From NCBI GenBank assembly GCA_937973635.1, contig CALJJZ010000002.1, forward strand, positions 7,550 to 71,549: a stretch of 64,000 bases of DNA, written 5' to 3'. How positions within the stretch are numbered: the stretch's first letter is position 1; the number at the start of each line of letters is the position of its first letter. Positions 17,876 to 27,737 of the stretch are shown here, piece after piece. The notes below the pieces were generated by a model. That model searched no databases, had not been told where the DNA came from, and was given only the letters and a program-made list of their open reading frames with translations. The stretch is from an uncultured Bacillota bacterium. GTDB lineage: Bacteria; Bacillota; Dethiobacteria; DTU022; UBA8154. A program made the translations under genes and the position numbers.

Positions 17876-18466
17876 TCAACGCTTCCCGGCAATGTCCCGA
17901 CCCAGCTCCCTTGCCTGCTGCATCGCTTCCTTTTCTTTTAAAACGTCCCCCTCGTTTTCCACGCCCCGCACCAGCAGCTCGCCGGCATAGCGGAGGTTAA
18001 GGGCATCACAAAAGTAGCGCATGGTAAGGCGCGAACATTCAAAAAGGCGCTGTCCCCGGGTGGCGCCGGTGGCGATGAGGTAACCGTTGCCCGGCGGAGA
18101 AGGCTCTTTTTCCAGCCGGTATTTCCTTACCCACAGAGCCTGCGTACGGTCAATAAAGGCCTTGGCGATGGCGGAAAGGGCATAAAAATAGATGGGGGCC
18201 GCCAGAATTATATGCCCGGCCTCCTGCACAAGGGGCTCAAAGAGGCGCATATCGTCTTCCAGGACACAGCGGCCCGTCTCATCGCATCCCCCGCAACCCA
18301 GGCACGGACGGATATTGTATTTATAAATCTCCAGCTTTTTTACCCGGCACCCTCCCTCTGCTGCCGCCGCCAGCACCGTATCCAGCAGGATAGTGGAATT
18401 GGCCCTCTGACGCGGGCTGGCTGCCAGTCCCAGCACCATGTCCTGTTGTCGTAATTGTTGTAACAT
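17876..18466 (-). CDS. Flavodoxin-family / iron-sulfur flavoprotein (NADPH-dependent FMN reductase fold)
   Basis: ASPRQRANST FMN loop, CLGCGGCDETGRC Cys cluster and APIYF. Confidence 0.8.
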   Translation of the reverse strand: MLQQLRQQDMVLGLAASPRQRANSTILLDTVLAAAAEGGCRVKKLEIYKYNIRPCLGCGGCDETGRCVLEDDMRLFEPLVQEAGHIILAAPIYFYALSAIAKAFIDRTQALWVRKYRLEKEPSPPGNGYLIATGATRGQRLFECSRLTMRYFCDALNLRYAGELLVRGVENEGDVLKEKEAMQQARELGRDIAGKR

Positions 18467-18586
18467 TTTTCCTGCCTCCTAAAGCTTAAAAGATTTAAAA
18501 AGTTTTCCGCACCGGCCACGGGGACCTGTCCTTTCCCTCTTAAAGCCGGCAGATACAGCATAACACACGGGCTTAAAATATGGTAT

Positions 18587-18614
18587 AAAAAAAACAGCCG
18601 CAGCTGTTTTTTTT
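18587..18614. terminator. Bidirectional-type intrinsic terminator after the LysM/M23 gene
   Basis: AAAAAAAACAGC-CGCA-GCTGTTTTTTTT. Confidence 0.7.
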
Positions 18615-18653
18615 GGGGGAGTTATAAAACCCGGCTGAACGCCGCCGGGTGAC

Positions 18654-20087
18654 TTACGGCCTGAAATAATCCAGGGGGTTCTGGGTGGGCCCGTAAATGC
18701 CACCTTTACGGATCTCAAAATGGAGGTGGTTTGCCGTTGAGCGGCCGGTGGAGCCAACACGGGCGATCACCTCGCCCTGATTGACGGCCTGGCCTTCCCG
18801 CACCAGGTTTTCCGAATTATGGGCGTAGCGGGTATAATAGTGGCCGTGGTAGATAACCACTGAAAGGCCGTACCCCCCGTCCCTGCCTGCAAAGACGACC
18901 ACGCCGCTGTCCGCAGCCAGGATGGGCGTGCCCCGCGCTGCGGCAATATCAATACCTGCATGGAAACCGCCGCTGCGCCAGCCGTACGGGGAAGTAAGGC
19001 GCCCGCCGCCCTGGACGGGCCAGATAAAGCTCCCCGTCCCCCGGGAGGGGATGCTGGCCGTACCCCGGGCCACTGTCTGGGTGGAAGGCTCGCTGGTAAT
19101 GGTGCTGGAGACAATTTCCCTGGAAACCTCCTGACCGTTTTCCCGCACCACTTCATAGACCACTTCCTTGCTGCCAAAGACGCCCTTTTCCAGCACCTTT
19201 GTCTGGCCGCTCCACAGCGTGGCATCGGGCACATAAACGGTATCAAAAGGGATCCGTTCCGTCGTTGAAACCCGCTCCACCGTGATCACGTTGACCAGTG
19301 GCTCCGGCACAACCAGGCTGAGCTCATCGCCTACCTGTAAAAAATCGCCCTGCAGCTGGGGGTTTGCCTCCCGCAGTTCGTCAATGGAAAGGTTATACGC
19401 ATGGGCGATCTTCCAAAGGGAATCGCCCCGCGAAACAAGGTACGTCTCCCGCCGGTCCGTGCCCCGCAGCAGGATGGCCGCCGCCGTATCCGCATCCCGC
19501 AGCTCCTCGGGGTAACAGTAAAACGGGCGGGCTTCGATCTGCTCCAGGATACGCACTTCTTCCACCGAAACATTGTCCTTTTGCGGCACATAGGCGCTGG
19601 CTACCGTGGCAATAATTTTATCTATGTCCTCCTGGTCGGCCACAGGGACCACTTCCTTGCCCCCTACCGTAACCATGAGCGCTTCGACTTTATAGCGGAG
19701 GCTGTTGCGCAGCTGGGAGATAACCCTGGCGGGGTTTTCCTGGGCCCAGGGTCGATATACTTTCATATAATTGATCTCCACGCTGGCCTGGACCGGCCGC
19801 CCGTAATATAAAGAGGCTTCCTCCTGTAAAAATGACCGGATTTCCTCCAGCATCTCTTTATCAGCAAGAAGCCCCGCTTCGTACCCGTTAATATAGACGG
19901 CATATAACACGCCGCTCTTTTCTCCGGTCTCCTCTTTAGCCTCCGCGGCTACGGTCATCGCTCCGGTACAGCCGTCCTGCAAAAACCCCGGAACCACGCT
20001 TAAAACAACAGCCAGACAGAGCAAGCCATATAAAAAACCGTTGTGACGGCGGAAATGCAGGCAAAAGGAATTTATTTTTGGCAGCAT
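18654..20087 (-). CDS. LysM + G5 + M23 cell-wall endopeptidase
   Basis: YLVSRGDSLWKIAH LysM, G5-like segment, HAGID and HLHFE. Confidence 0.88.
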   Translation of the reverse strand: MLPKINSFCLHFRRHNGFLYGLLCLAVVLSVVPGFLQDGCTGAMTVAAEAKEETGEKSGVLYAVYINGYEAGLLADKEMLEEIRSFLQEEASLYYGRPVQASVEINYMKVYRPWAQENPARVISQLRNSLRYKVEALMVTVGGKEVVPVADQEDIDKIIATVASAYVPQKDNVSVEEVRILEQIEARPFYCYPEELRDADTAAAILLRGTDRRETYLVSRGDSLWKIAHAYNLSIDELREANPQLQGDFLQVGDELSLVVPEPLVNVITVERVSTTERIPFDTVYVPDATLWSGQTKVLEKGVFGSKEVVYEVVRENGQEVSREIVSSTITSEPSTQTVARGTASIPSRGTGSFIWPVQGGGRLTSPYGWRSGGFHAGIDIAAARGTPILAADSGVVVFAGRDGGYGLSVVIYHGHYYTRYAHNSENLVREGQAVNQGEVIARVGSTGRSTANHLHFEIRKGGIYGPTQNPLDYFRP

Positions 20088-20176
20088 TTTATACCTCCCG
20101 GTGTTAAGGTTAAAGTATGGTAATATTTATAATTGTATTAACTTTGTTAAAAAGCGTTAACATCTGCCTTGTTTTT

Positions 20177-20203
20177 ATTCGCCGGGACCGGGATAAATCC
20201 TGC
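20177..20203 (-). promoter_or_regulatory. Sigma-H-type promoter for the LysM/G5/M23 gene
   Basis: GCAGGA-N17-GAAT. Confidence 0.6.
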
Positions 20204-20275
20204 TAAAACACCCAAAGAATGAAAATTTTTTTTAATGCACCAAATTATGCCTATTTTTTGTTTTTGCCCCGCCCT

Positions 20276-21562
20276 TCAGGGCCGGACGAAGGTCTGGTCC
20301 CTGCGGGGTCCTACGGAAATTAAGGAAACGCGGGCGCCCGTTACTGCTTCCACACCCTGAAGATAGGCCAGCGCCGCCGCCGGCAGGTCGTTTATGCTTC
20401 TGGCCCCGGAAATATCTTCGCTCCACCCTGCATACTCTTGGTATACGGGAGTGCTCTGTTCCAGTATATGCAGGGCTGCAGGAAAATGCTCAATAACACT
20501 GCCGTCGGCCAGGCGATACGCCGTGGCAATTTTCAAGTCGCCCATACCGCTCAGCACATCAAAGAGGGTCAAGGCCAGGTGCTCCAAGCCGTTCAGGCGG
20601 CAGGCCTGCCTGAGGGCCACGCCGTCCAGCCAGCCGATCCGCCTGGGCCGGCCCGTGGTCGTCCCGAACTCCCTTCCCCGTTCGCGGATCTGTCCCGCCT
20701 TTGGGCCCTCTATCTCTGTAGGGAAGGGGCCGGCGCCAACCCGGGTAGAGTACGCCTTGGCCACACCCAGGACCGCCTTTACTTTCCCCGGGGGGATGCC
20801 GGTACCGCAAAAAATGCTGCCGGCAAGGGTGCTGGAGGAGGTAACATAGGGGTACGTGCCGTACTCCAGGTCCAGCATGGCACCTTGGGCCCCTTCAAAA
20901 AGGATTTTCGCCCCCTGGTGCAGGTAAGCGTCAAGCAGCAGGGACGTATCCGTAATATAGGGGAGCAGCCGGTCGGCCAGGGGCAGGTACGTTTCTTCGA
21001 TTTCCTGCATCTTTATGCCCGGATCATCGTAGTAGCGCTGAAAAAGCTCGTTTTTTTCCGCCAGTATCTCCCTGATCCTTTCCTTGACCCGTAACGGTTC
21101 CTTCAATTCCCCGGCCCGGATGCCGCGGCGCCCTATTTTATCCTGGTAGGCGGGCCCAATGCCCCGCAGAGTAGTGCCAATTTTGCTTCCGCCCCGCTTC
21201 TTTTCTTCCAGGGCGTCCTGTCTTAAATGGTAAGGCAGAATTAAATGGGCCCGGTCGCTGATGTAGAGGCGTTCGGGAGTGATCCCCCTCTCTTTCAGGT
21301 TGTCCAGCTCCTTTACCAGAACAGAGGGGTCCAGGACCATGCCGTTGCCCAGAATACAGGTTTTCTCCTGGTAAAGGATGCCGCAGGGAAGATGATGCAG
21401 CTTGTAGGTTTCGTTTCCTATGTTTACAGTATGGCCCGCATTGGGGCCACCCTGGTAACGCACCACCACATCGGCCTGTGCGGCCAGATAATCGGTGATC
21501 TTTCCCTTCCCTTCGTCTCCCCACTGGCAACCCACCACAGCCAGGGTGGTAAAATCCAACAT
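20276..21562 (-). CDS. purA: Adenylosuccinate synthetase
   Basis: QWGDEGKGK, GPNAGHT, FEGAQG and GTTTGRPRRIGW. Confidence 0.97.
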   Translation of the reverse strand: MLDFTTLAVVGCQWGDEGKGKITDYLAAQADVVVRYQGGPNAGHTVNIGNETYKLHHLPCGILYQEKTCILGNGMVLDPSVLVKELDNLKERGITPERLYISDRAHLILPYHLRQDALEEKKRGGSKIGTTLRGIGPAYQDKIGRRGIRAGELKEPLRVKERIREILAEKNELFQRYYDDPGIKMQEIEETYLPLADRLLPYITDTSLLLDAYLHQGAKILFEGAQGAMLDLEYGTYPYVTSSSTLAGSIFCGTGIPPGKVKAVLGVAKAYSTRVGAGPFPTEIEGPKAGQIRERGREFGTTTGRPRRIGWLDGVALRQACRLNGLEHLALTLFDVLSGMGDLKIATAYRLADGSVIEHFPAALHILEQSTPVYQEYAGWSEDISGARSINDLPAAALAYLQGVEAVTGARVSLISVGPRRDQTFVRP

Positions 21563-21608
21563 CAGCCATCACTCCCTTGTTCAGTTCAAAATACAGTCCA
21601 TCATTTTT

Positions 21609-23069
21609 TTAAGGAATTTTGCCCCTTTGTTTGCGGCCGTCGGAAGCAGTATGCCCGGAAGACGCGCTTCCCTCGCCCACGGGGGTGCCGGCCTCCAGAC
21701 GGCGGGCGACCTCTTCCGCGGCAAGGAGCCCGGAGGCGGAAGCCTGCACCAGGCCCCGCGTTACCCCGGCGCCGTCGCCCACGGCAAAAAGGTTGGGGAT
21801 CTCCGTTTCCAGGCAGGGAGTCAGCTTCAGGCGATAGGAATAAAATTTGACCTCCACGCCATAGAGCAGCGTATCCGGCGCATAGATGCCGGGAGCGAGC
21901 TTATCCAGGGCCACCAGCATCTCCAGGAGGGAGCAGAGGTAGCGGTAGGGCAAAACCAGGCTCAGATCGCCCGGCGTAGCTTCCCGCAGGGTGGGCCGGA
22001 CTTCTCCTTTGGCGATGCGCTCCGGGGTCGAGCGCCTTCCCGCCAGCAGGTCGCCCAGGCGTTGCAGCAGGACGCCGCCGCCCAGCATATTGGCCAAGCT
22101 GGCAATATAGCGTCCGTAGCGTACCGGTTCCTGGAAAGGTTCTGTAAAATTTTTGCTCACGAGCAGGGCAAAGTTGGTGTTGCCGCTCTGCCTTTCTTTT
22201 TCCCGGTAACTGTGGCCGTTGACTGTAACTACGCCCTCACAGTTTTCCAGCACCACTTCCCCGTGGGGGTTCATGCAAAAGGTGCGGACCCGGTCTTTAA
22301 AGGTAGGAGCCTGGTACAGCAGCTTCGATTCATAAACACTCTGCGTGATCCTTTCCAGTACCGGCGCTGGCACCTCCACCCTGACGCCGATATCCACAGG
22401 GTTATTGCTTACCGTCAGTCTGAGCCGGCGGGCTTCCTGGAGCAGCCAGAGGGCGCCTTCGCGCCCAGGGCCGCAGATAACATAGGGGGCGGTAAAAACC
22501 TCCCCGTTTTCCAGGCGGACGCCGGCAATACGGCCCTCCTCCAGCAAAAAATGCTGCACCGGGCTGCGGAAACGGCACTCTGCTTCCTCCTGCAGGAACC
22601 GGGCAAAGGAGCCAAGGACCTGCAGGCAGTTTTCTGTCCCCAGGTGGCGGATGGCCGCAGGCACCATCTCCAGGCCCACAGCCTGGGCCTCTTTGGAGAG
22701 GGCGCTGACGGCGGCGCTGTCCGTGCCATAGACGGCCTCGGGAGCGCCATAGGCACGGTAGATGCTGTCCACACAGGCGATTAAGGCTTCCGTCTTCTCC
22801 ACGCCTACATAATCGGGCAAGGTGCCGCCAAAACGGGAGGAAAGGGTCAGCTTGCCGTCACTGAAGGCCCCGGCCCCGCCCCAGCCGTTCATCACGGCGC
22901 AGGGCCGGCAGTGGAGACAGCGTCCGCCCCGTCCGGGGCAGCGCCGGCCCGGCAGAGCGTGCCCTTTTTCCAGCAGCAAAAGGTGGCGCCCTGCGCCGGC
23001 AAGGGCCAGAGCGGCAAAGATTCCAGCGGGCCCGGCCCCCACGATAATTACATCATATTCCCTGTGCAC
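21609..23069 (-). CDS. Uncharacterised NAD(P)/FAD-dependent oxidoreductase with N-terminal Cys cluster
   Basis: IIVGAGPAG, CPGRGGRCLHCRPC, GWGGAGAFSDGKL, FCMNP and LFAVGDGAG. Confidence 0.8.
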   Translation of the reverse strand: MHREYDVIIVGAGPAGIFAALALAGAGRHLLLLEKGHALPGRRCPGRGGRCLHCRPCAVMNGWGGAGAFSDGKLTLSSRFGGTLPDYVGVEKTEALIACVDSIYRAYGAPEAVYGTDSAAVSALSKEAQAVGLEMVPAAIRHLGTENCLQVLGSFARFLQEEAECRFRSPVQHFLLEEGRIAGVRLENGEVFTAPYVICGPGREGALWLLQEARRLRLTVSNNPVDIGVRVEVPAPVLERITQSVYESKLLYQAPTFKDRVRTFCMNPHGEVVLENCEGVVTVNGHSYREKERQSGNTNFALLVSKNFTEPFQEPVRYGRYIASLANMLGGGVLLQRLGDLLAGRRSTPERIAKGEVRPTLREATPGDLSLVLPYRYLCSLLEMLVALDKLAPGIYAPDTLLYGVEVKFYSYRLKLTPCLETEIPNLFAVGDGAGVTRGLVQASASGLLAAEEVARRLEAGTPVGEGSASSGHTASDGRKQRGKIP

Positions 23070-23096
23070 CCGGGATCATCCTTTTCCCTTCGGCAG

Positions 23097-24443
23097 TTAA
23101 ACCGCCGCCTCATGGTATCTGTCCACGTTCACAAACTTGTTGAAGTTGTCTTTAAAGTATAAATCTATTTTACCTGTGGGGCCGTTGCGCTGCTTGGCCA
23201 GGATTATCTCCGTAAGATTTTTTTTCTCCGTATCCTTCTGGTAATAATCTTCCCTGTAGATAAATATTACCAGATCTGCATTGGCTTCAATACCTCCCGA
23301 TTCCAGGAGGTCGCTCAAGATCGGGCGTTTGTCCGTGCGCTGCTCCACGGCCCGGCTGAGTTGGGAAAGGGCGACGACGGGGCAGTTCAGTTCCTTGGCC
23401 AGGGCTTTCAGGGAGCGGGAGATATAGGAGATCTCCTGCTGCCTGTTTTCCGTTTTTTCATTGCTGCGCATTAACTGCAGGTAGTCGATGAAAACGGCGG
23501 AGAGCCCCTTTTCCACCTTCAGGCGGCGCGCCCGCGCCCTGATCTCCATCACAGAGATAGCGCCCGAATCATCGATGTAAAAAGGGGCCTCGGAAAGGGG
23601 GCCCACCGCCTCCGTAATACGCGACCAGTGCTCCGAAGAGAGGAAGCCCTGGCGCAGCCTGTGGGCGTCGATCTCCGCATAGGAGCAGAGCAGGCGCTGG
23701 GCCAGCTGGTCCTGGGACATCTCCAGGCTAAAAAAAGCGATGGGCAGGCGGGCCTCCACGGCTATATGGCTGGCCATATTCAGGGCCAGAGTAGTCTTGC
23801 CCATGCCCGGCCTGGCGGCAATGATGATCAGATCTGACGGCTGCAGCCCGGAGGTAAGGTTGTCCAGGTCCAGAAAGCCGGTAGGGATGCCCGTGACGCC
23901 GCTTTTGCGTTCATAGAGCTTCTCCAGTTTTTCAAAACTCTGTTCCAGGGCCTGCTGCAGGTGGACGAAGCCCTTGCTCTCCCGGCTCCGCGCCACCTCA
24001 AAGATGGACTGCTCCGTTTCGTCAAGGAATTCTTCCACATTTTCGATATAGCCGTAGCTTTTGCTCACGATTTCCGTGGCTGTGCGGATGAGGCGGCGCA
24101 GCAGGGACTTCTCCTTGACAATGCCGGCATAATAGGCCGCATGGGCAGCCGTAGGCGTCATGCTGGCCAGGGAAGCAAGGTAGGCGGCACCACCCACCTG
24201 GGCCAGCAGGTTTTTGTTTTCCAGGACGGCGCAGACCGTAATCAAGTCCACAGGTTCACCCTTATTGGCAAGGCCGATTATCTCCTGATAAATATGCTGG
24301 TGCGCTTCGCGGTAAAAGTCGTCGGGGAGCAGGATCTCCCCCACCTCCAGCAGCGCTTCCCGGTCTATAAGGATAGAACCGAGCACCGACTGTTCCGCCT
24401 CAATATTTTGCGGCGGCAGGCGCTGGATAGTCTCACTCATCAT
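23097..24443 (-). CDS. dnaB: Replicative DNA helicase
   Basis: PPQNIEAEQSVLG, ARPGMGKT, IDYLQL, SGGIEANAD and KQRNGPTG. Confidence 0.97.
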   Translation of the reverse strand: MMSETIQRLPPQNIEAEQSVLGSILIDREALLEVGEILLPDDFYREAHQHIYQEIIGLANKGEPVDLITVCAVLENKNLLAQVGGAAYLASLASMTPTAAHAAYYAGIVKEKSLLRRLIRTATEIVSKSYGYIENVEEFLDETEQSIFEVARSRESKGFVHLQQALEQSFEKLEKLYERKSGVTGIPTGFLDLDNLTSGLQPSDLIIIAARPGMGKTTLALNMASHIAVEARLPIAFFSLEMSQDQLAQRLLCSYAEIDAHRLRQGFLSSEHWSRITEAVGPLSEAPFYIDDSGAISVMEIRARARRLKVEKGLSAVFIDYLQLMRSNEKTENRQQEISYISRSLKALAKELNCPVVALSQLSRAVEQRTDKRPILSDLLESGGIEANADLVIFIYREDYYQKDTEKKNLTEIILAKQRNGPTGKIDLYFKDNFNKFVNVDRYHEAAV

Positions 24444-26364
24444 TGTCACCCCCTGTCAGGACCACCTGCAGTAATTCTTCCACGTTATGCACATAGGTAA
24501 TCTCCAGATCTGCAATAGCCGGGGGCAGTTCCCCCTTGTTGCCGGCAGGCAAAAATACCCTTTTAATGCCTGCCACCCTGGCACCGTAAAGTTTTTCCGA
24601 CAAACCGCCCACCGGTTGGATGCGGCCCTGCAAAGAGAGCTCCCCGCTAATGGCCATATCCTGCCGCAGGGGTAGCTCCTTTACAGCGCTGTAAAGGGCC
24701 AAAAACAAGGCTGCCCCGGCGGAGGGGCCGTCCACATTGCCTCCTCCCACCACGTTGAAATGGAGATCATAATCGCCGAGCTCCAGCCCCGTTAATTTTT
24801 GCAGGACAGAGGTGGCATTAAAGACGGAGTCCCGGGCCATTTTCCCCGCAGCTTCGTTAAAACGGACCTTGCCCCGGCCGGGACTGGAAGCGGGGAAAGC
24901 CAGGGCCTCGATCTCCAGGACAGACCCCCGGTAAGCGGCGGCGGCAAGACCGAAAACTTTGCCCACCAGAGGCGTCTTGATCTCGGAGGGAGGCTTTAAA
25001 GGCGCCAGGCGATTGCTCAAGATCACTTCCCTGATGATTTCCGTGTCGATGACCACAAGCTGATCCTTATGCCCGGCGTTAAAAAGGGCCAGGCCGTAGG
25101 CGTCGGCCAACAGGTTTACGGCCTGTCTCCCTTCGCTTGTATAGCGGCAGATAAGCTCGGCGGCTCCCGGGTCTAGGCGCACCTCCAGCCTGGCCGCCGC
25201 CCTTTCCACGATCTGCCTGATACTGGCGGGCGAAAGGGGTTCAAAAAACACGGCACTGCAGCGGGAACGCAGGGCGTAAGAGAGCTCCTGCGGGGACCTG
25301 GTGGTAGCACCGATAAGCACAAAATCAGCCGGTGCCCCTTCAGTAAAAAGCTTCTTTATATACTTGGGCACCTGCGGATCGCTGGGATCATAATAAGCCG
25401 ATTCAAATCTAACCCGTTTGTCTTCCATCACTTTTAACAATTTATTTTGCAGCTGCAGGTCCATCTCCCCGATCTCGTCAATAAACAAAACTCCTCCATG
25501 GGCTTCCGTTACCAGCCCCGGCTTTGGTTCGGGGATACCCCCTTCGCTCAGATCCCGCCTAGCGCCCTGGTAGATGGGGTCATGGACGGAACCGATGAGG
25601 GGGTTGGTAACCTCCCGGGGGTCCCAGCGCAGGGTTGTAGCATCCACCTCCACAAAAGGGGCATGGGAGGCAAAAGGGGAACGGGGGAACTTTTTGGCCG
25701 CCTCCAGCGCCAGGCGTGCCGCGGCCGTCTTGCCTACACCGGGAGGCCCGTAGAGCAAAATATGCTGGGGAAAGGGCGAGACAAGGCGGGACATCAGGGC
25801 CCGCAGGCCCTGGTTCTGCCCCACAATCTCTTCCAGGGAAGCCGGCCGTAAAAATTCCATGGCAGAACGGCTAAGGCCCTGGGTCTGCATCTTCTCCAGC
25901 AAGGCATATTTTTTCAACGTCTGGGGGTTTTCGGGCCCCGCTTCTTCCTTTAGAAGCTGTTTTTTTACCTCCAGGATATAAGCATCGTGCCGCTCCTGCA
26001 GTTTATGGTTTATTTTCTGTTCCAGGGACTCTTCTATAGAACGACGGGCAAATAACTCTGCCGTTTTCTCCTCCAGTTCCTCCAAAATTAACGGTATCTC
26101 CCGTTCTTCGGGCACCGGCTGCAAAGTGGGGTCCTCCCAAACGATACGCCTGAGCCCCAGCACTTTTTTATCCAGCCGCCGGGAGCGAATTAAGGATAAG
26201 GCGTCCATCTTTATCGCTTTTAAAAGCAGCCGGTCCGCACCATAGAAATCCACCAGCAGTTTGTAGAAAACGCCGGCCTGCCGTTCCAGATTTTTTTTAT
26301 CCGGCCAGGCACCCTTGATATTTTGGGCTTTCTGTTGTTTTTTCAGGTTATCCGGTGTGGTCAT
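24433..26364 (-). CDS. lonC: Lon-family ATP-dependent protease (sporulation LonC type)
   Basis: GPPGVGKT, LFIDEIGE and catalytic DGPSAG; typical rplI-lonC-dnaB position. Confidence 0.85.
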   Translation of the reverse strand: MTTPDNLKKQQKAQNIKGAWPDKKNLERQAGVFYKLLVDFYGADRLLLKAIKMDALSLIRSRRLDKKVLGLRRIVWEDPTLQPVPEEREIPLILEELEEKTAELFARRSIEESLEQKINHKLQERHDAYILEVKKQLLKEEAGPENPQTLKKYALLEKMQTQGLSRSAMEFLRPASLEEIVGQNQGLRALMSRLVSPFPQHILLYGPPGVGKTAAARLALEAAKKFPRSPFASHAPFVEVDATTLRWDPREVTNPLIGSVHDPIYQGARRDLSEGGIPEPKPGLVTEAHGGVLFIDEIGEMDLQLQNKLLKVMEDKRVRFESAYYDPSDPQVPKYIKKLFTEGAPADFVLIGATTRSPQELSYALRSRCSAVFFEPLSPASIRQIVERAAARLEVRLDPGAAELICRYTSEGRQAVNLLADAYGLALFNAGHKDQLVVIDTEIIREVILSNRLAPLKPPSEIKTPLVGKVFGLAAAAYRGSVLEIEALAFPASSPGRGKVRFNEAAGKMARDSVFNATSVLQKLTGLELGDYDLHFNVVGGGNVDGPSAGAALFLALYSAVKELPLRQDMAISGELSLQGRIQPVGGLSEKLYGARVAGIKRVFLPAGNKGELPPAIADLEITYVHNVEELLQVVLTGGDNDE

Positions 26365-26415
26365 AGCAGGAAAAGACTGCCCGCCCGGGCAATCTTTGAG
26401 CCAACCCCTTCCCTG

Positions 26416-26862
26416 TTACTCCTTTTTCTCTACAATGATAGTTACGGGGGCAATGACACGGGGATGGAGCTTAACCTCCACGGTGTGGCGTCCCAGAGTT
26501 TTAATCGGCTCGGGCAGGGCTATTTTTTTGCGCTCAATGTTAATCCCCTTTGCCTGCAGGGCGGCGGCTATATCGGCACTCGTGACAGAACCGAAAAGGC
26601 GCCCCCCTTCGCCGGCAGCGACTTTGAGCAAAATATCCTGGCCTTCCAGTTTGCGGGCCTGCCGCAGCGCTTCCTCCTGCTCCTTCTCGGCGCGGCGGGC
26701 CCTGTTGGCCTCGCGCAGCTTCAGCTCCTGCACGCGCCCCGCCGATGCCTCCACGGCCAGGCCCCGGGGAATAAGGTAATTCCGGGCGTATCCGTCCGCT
26801 ACTTCTTTAATCTCGTCCTTTTTCCCGATCTTGGGGATATCTTTTTGCAGGATTACCTTCAT
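26416..26862 (-). CDS. rplI: 50S ribosomal protein L9
   Basis: MKVILQKD, GYARNYLIP and GRLFGSVT. Confidence 0.97.
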   Translation of the reverse strand: MKVILQKDIPKIGKKDEIKEVADGYARNYLIPRGLAVEASAGRVQELKLREANRARRAEKEQEEALRQARKLEGQDILLKVAAGEGGRLFGSVTSADIAAALQAKGINIERKKIALPEPIKTLGRHTVEVKLHPRVIAPVTIIVEKKE

Positions 26863-26902
26863 CCCGATCACTCCTTGCCTGGTCTTTCTCCCCTGCTAAC
26901 AA

Positions 26903-26929
26903 CTTCGACACCGCAAACATTTTTCCTGC
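26903..26929 (-). promoter_or_regulatory. Sigma-H-type promoter for rplI-lonC-dnaB
   Basis: GCAGGA-N17-GAAG with TGTCGAA (Spo0A-box-like) over the -10; lies just downstream of the rpsR terminator. Confidence 0.55.
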
Positions 26930-26942
26930 CCTAAAAGGGGGT

Positions 26943-26985
26943 AAAAAAAAGGCGGTATCTCCGCCCGGGTTACCGCCCCTTTTTT
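26943..26985 (-). terminator. Intrinsic terminator after rpsR
   Basis: GGCGGTA-N13-TACCGCC followed by T8 on the minus strand. Confidence 0.75.
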
Positions 26986-26989
26986 ATAA

Positions 26990-27217
26990 CTACTCTGCCG
27001 TATAGGGCAAAAGCGCTATCTGCCTGGCCCTTTTGATAGCCGTGGTCAGCTGCCTTTGATGTTTGGCGCAGTTGCCGGAAATGCGGCGCGGCAGGATCTT
27101 GCCCCGTTCCGTAATAAAGCGGCGCAGTTTATCGCTCTGTTTGTAATCGATCTGCTCTATTTTATCTACACAGAAATTACATACTTTCCTTTTGCCTTTT
27201 CTCTTCTCCTTACGCAT
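26990..27217 (-). CDS. rpsR: 30S ribosomal protein S18 (Zn-binding C+ form)
   Basis: [25 protein letters not shown]. Confidence 0.97.
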   Translation of the reverse strand: MRKEKRKGKRKVCNFCVDKIEQIDYKQSDKLRRFITERGKILPRRISGNCAKHQRQLTTAIKRARQIALLPYTAE

Positions 27218-27258
27218 ATTAGCTCCCCTGTCTTAAATATAATCCTGCGGGAACGCAG

Positions 27259-27663
27259 CTAAAAAGGTACATCATCGTCCCCGATATCCAGTTCATCCAT
27301 GGGCGGGTGGTCGTAGCCGCTCCTCTCCTCCGCCGCGCTACGGCGGCTCTCCAGGAAAATAACATTGCGCGCCACCACTTCCGCCGCCGTGCGTTTGACC
27401 CCTTCCCTGTCCTCATAGGCACGGATCTGTAAGCGGCCTTCCACGGCCACCAGGCTCCCCTTGCCCAGGTAGCTGGCACAGTTCTCCGCTTGTTTTTCCC
27501 AGACAATGATACGGATAAAATCCGTCTCCTTCTCGCCCCTTTTATTATTGAAAGGGCGGTTCACAGCGAGGGTAAAGTTGGCCACCGCCGTCCCTTCCGT
27601 GGGAGTGTAACGCAACTCCGGCTCCCTTACCAGACGGCCAATTAAAATAACCTTGTTCAACAA
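27259..27663 (-). CDS. ssb: Single-stranded DNA-binding protein
   Basis: LNKVILIGRL, VEGRLQIR and DDDVPF tail; TTG start. Confidence 0.95.
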   Translation of the reverse strand: MLNKVILIGRLVREPELRYTPTEGTAVANFTLAVNRPFNNKRGEKETDFIRIIVWEKQAENCASYLGKGSLVAVEGRLQIRAYEDREGVKRTAAEVVARNVIFLESRRSAAEERSGYDHPPMDELDIGDDDVPF

Positions 27664-27737
27664 GCAAGGCACCACCCTTCCGCCGATTACGAAAAACACC
27701 GGCAAAATCAATAACGCCGGCTTTCCCGTCTGGCTGC

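Noticed and set aside
20149-20162. CcpA cre site (AAGCGTTAAC core, also near 60181)
   Set aside because: The conserved 5' TG of cre is missing in both copies.
21609-23069. FAD oxidoreductase as a replacement for the missing MnmG
   Set aside because: It lacks MnmG-specific motifs and length and belongs to a different widespread family.
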